Of a stretch of DNA of 9,448 nucleotides, positions 7,777-9,448 are shown one piece after another. The notes beneath the pieces are model-generated. The model saw only the letters and a program-made list of their open reading frames with translations. It did not search any database and had not been told where the DNA came from. Origin of the DNA: a virus (taxonomy: Duplodnaviria > Heunggongvirae > Uroviricota > Caudoviricetes); the IMG/VR virus record IMGVR_UViG_2547132281_000004; one strand, 5' to 3'. The position numbers and the translations under genes are program-made. Positions within the stretch are counted from its first letter, which is position 1, and each line of letters opens with the position of its first letter.

Positions 7777-7876
7777 CGTTGCTCGCACTCTGGATTAAAT
7801 ATAGGGTGTTGTTAAACTGCGTTGATACATAATTGTACCGGATATTGAGTGGTCTGAAGTCCCAGTCATTAAGTAA
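7777..7876 (+). repeat. Third, more decayed direct copy of the tfa 3' end
   Basis: CGTTGCTCGCACTCTGGATTAAATATAGGGTGTTGTTAAAC...CCGGATATTGAGTGG...TAA translates to TLLALWIKYRVLLNCVDT* then, in a shifted frame, PDIEWSEVPVIK*. Tfa motifs are recognisable but the frame is broken. Confidence 0.65.
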
Positions 7877-8164
7877 TCGTTTCGTGATATGCCGCAGAAA
7901 CGTTGTATGCAATAACGTTCTGCGGTTGGCTGATGCACTTTCGAGAGTGTATTGAATAATTTCAAGCCGTTATTGTTTTTACGCGTAACACCATGAAAAG
8001 ACTGCTTATCTGTTGGGGTGTTTTTTGGGGCATATATGGGACAGAAATAGGCCACAGATAGATAGTAAGATCGAACTCAGGATGCTTTTGAAAAAATGTA
8101 ACTATCTGAAAAAACCTAGAAAGCGCCAAGGAAACCACAGAATGAGAAAAAACATCTGTGAATT

Positions 8165-9448
8165 ATGGATTTCCAGTTATATTCGCTCGGCGCAGCGTTA
8201 GTGTTTCATGAAATATTTTTTCCTGAATCATCAACGGCAATGGCGTTAATTTTGGCAATGGGAACCTACGGTGCAGGTTATGTGGCGCGTATTGTCGGAG
8301 CATTTATTTTCGGCAAAATGGGCGACAGAATAGGGCGTAAAAAAGTGCTCTTTATTACCATCACCATGATGGGGATCTGTACCACCTTAATTGGTGTGTT
8401 ACCGACCTATGCACAGATTGGTGTTTTTGCCCCCATCTTGCTGGTGACGCTGCGTATTATTCAGGGGTTGGGTGCAGGTGCGGAAATTTCCGGTGCCGGT
8501 ACGATGCTGGCGGAATATGCACCAAAAGGTAAGCGCGGAATTATCTCCTCATTTGTAGCTATGGGAACTAACTGCGGAACCTTGAGCGCAACGGCAATCT
8601 GGGCCTTTATGTTCTTCATTCTCAGTAAAGAGGAACTGCTGGCGTGGGGATGGCGTATACCGTTCCTGGCGAGCGTTGTCGTGATGGTCTTTGCTATCTG
8701 GTTACGTATGAATCTGAAAGAAAGCCCGGTCTTTGAGAAGGTTAATGACAGCAACCAACCCACAGCAAAACCTGCACCTGCTGGTAGCATGTTCCAGAGC
8801 AAATCCTTCTGGCTGGCAACAGGGCTGCGTTTTGGTCAGGCGGGTAACTCCGGGTTAATTCAGACTTTCCTTGCAGGCTATTTAGTGCAGACGTTATTGT
8901 TTAACAAAGCAATTCCAACAGATGCATTGATGATTAGTTCGATTCTCGGCTTTATGACCATTCCGTTCCTTGGTTGGTTATCCGATAAAATTGGTCGCCG
9001 GATCCCGTATATTATTATGAATACCTCCGCGATTGTGCTGGCATGGCCAATGCTTTCTATCATTGTAGATAAAAGCTATGCCCCGAGCACCATTATGGTT
9101 GCACTGATTGTGATTCATAACTGTGCGGTGCTGGGATTATTTGCTCTGGAAAACATTACCATGGCAGAAATGTTCGGCTGTAAAAACCGCTTTACCCGGA
9201 TGGCTATTTCTAAAGAAATTGGTGGTCTTATCGCTTCCGGTTTTGGTCCTATCCTGGCGGGTATTTTCTGCACCATGACGGAATCCTGGTATCCGATCGC
9301 CATTATGATCATGGCATATTCAGTAATTGGTTTAATCTCTGCGCTGAAAATGCCAGAGGTGAAAGACCGTGATTTAAGTGCGCTGGAAGACGCTGCGGAA
9401 GATCAACCGCGTGTTGTAAGAGCTGCGCAACCTTCCAGAAGTCTGTAA
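8165..9448 (+). CDS. ydfJ: MFS transporter, metabolite:H+ symporter (MHS) family, lacking the N-terminal ~30 codons (ydfJ-like 3' portion; may be a pseudogene fragment)
   Basis: 427-aa ORF, multi-helix hydrophobic, with MFS signature GKMGDRIGRKK and a second motif LSDKIGRR. Aligns with ProP from the region FDFSVYGF...FFP onward, so the first helix and the family N-terminal motif are missing. No SD before ATG 8165. Length and N-terminus match my recollection of K-12 YdfJ (427 aa), whose 5' part is separated by the Qin prophage. Confidence 0.8.
   Translation: MDFQLYSLGAALVFHEIFFPESSTAMALILAMGTYGAGYVARIVGAFIFGKMGDRIGRKKVLFITITMMGICTTLIGVLPTYAQIGVFAPILLVTLRIIQGLGAGAEISGAGTMLAEYAPKGKRGIISSFVAMGTNCGTLSATAIWAFMFFILSKEELLAWGWRIPFLASVVVMVFAIWLRMNLKESPVFEKVNDSNQPTAKPAPAGSMFQSKSFWLATGLRFGQAGNSGLIQTFLAGYLVQTLLFNKAIPTDALMISSILGFMTIPFLGWLSDKIGRRIPYIIMNTSAIVLAWPMLSIIVDKSYAPSTIMVALIVIHNCAVLGLFALENITMAEMFGCKNRFTRMAISKEIGGLIASGFGPILAGIFCTMTESWYPIAIMIMAYSVIGLISALKMPEVKDRDLSALEDAAEDQPRVVRAAQPSRSL

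Noticed and set aside
6431-8164. Possibility of a Pin/Gin-type invertible tail-fibre segment or DNA invertase gene between tfa and the transporter
   Set aside because: The tfa-end copies are all in direct, not inverted, orientation and no recombinase-sized ORF exists in the interval. Absence of the K-12 pinQ/ydfK content is noted, not a positive feature.
7795-8201. Minus-strand 86-aa ORF (7795-8055) and plus-strand 62-aa ORF (8013-8201)
   Set aside because: The first runs antisense across the decayed tfa remnant; the second is a lysine/arginine-rich frame that overlaps the transporter start in another frame. Neither has start signals.
8461-9312. Minus-strand ORFs inside the MFS transporter gene (8461-8802, 8878-9063, 9115-9312)
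   Set aside because: Antisense to a 427-aa ORF with clear transporter signatures.
1-9448. CRISPR arrays, tRNA, rRNA, integrase or excisionase genes
   Set aside because: No regularly spaced short repeats, no tRNA-like cloverleaf candidates and no recombinase-like ORFs were seen on either strand.

Overview
Mosaic accessory region, enterobacterial in character, with every credible gene on the + strand. Left to right: (1) the right-hand part of an IS66-family insertion sequence (transposase 3' portion, terminus near 1309); (2) an AT-rich module of small genes including a Gns-family (GnsA/GnsB-like) protein; (3) a lambda-like DNA packaging block: candidate cos site, terminase small subunit, intact 699-aa GpA-family terminase large subunit, gpW-like protein; (4) a portal gene that breaks off after about 63 codons and is fused by deletion to the C-terminal two thirds of a tail fiber assembly (tfa) gene, so the whole head/tail morphogenesis block is missing; (5) about 1.7 kb of very AT-rich DNA in which the last ~98 bp of tfa recur as two further, progressively decayed direct copies separating small cargo segments; (6) an MFS (metabolite:H+ symporter family) transporter gene lacking its N-terminal codons, matching my recollection of ydfJ, the gene split by the Qin cryptic prophage in E. 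coli K-12. Overall this reads as the ydfJ-proximal end of a Qin-type cryptic lambdoid prophage with a different deletion history from K-12 plus an IS66 insertion. I found no CRISPR array, tRNA or rRNA, and no convincing multi-gene defence or toxin system. The most unusual structure is the tandem tfa-3'-end repeat and AT-rich cassette array. All homology statements come from reading the translations against remembered protein families; no database search was run.
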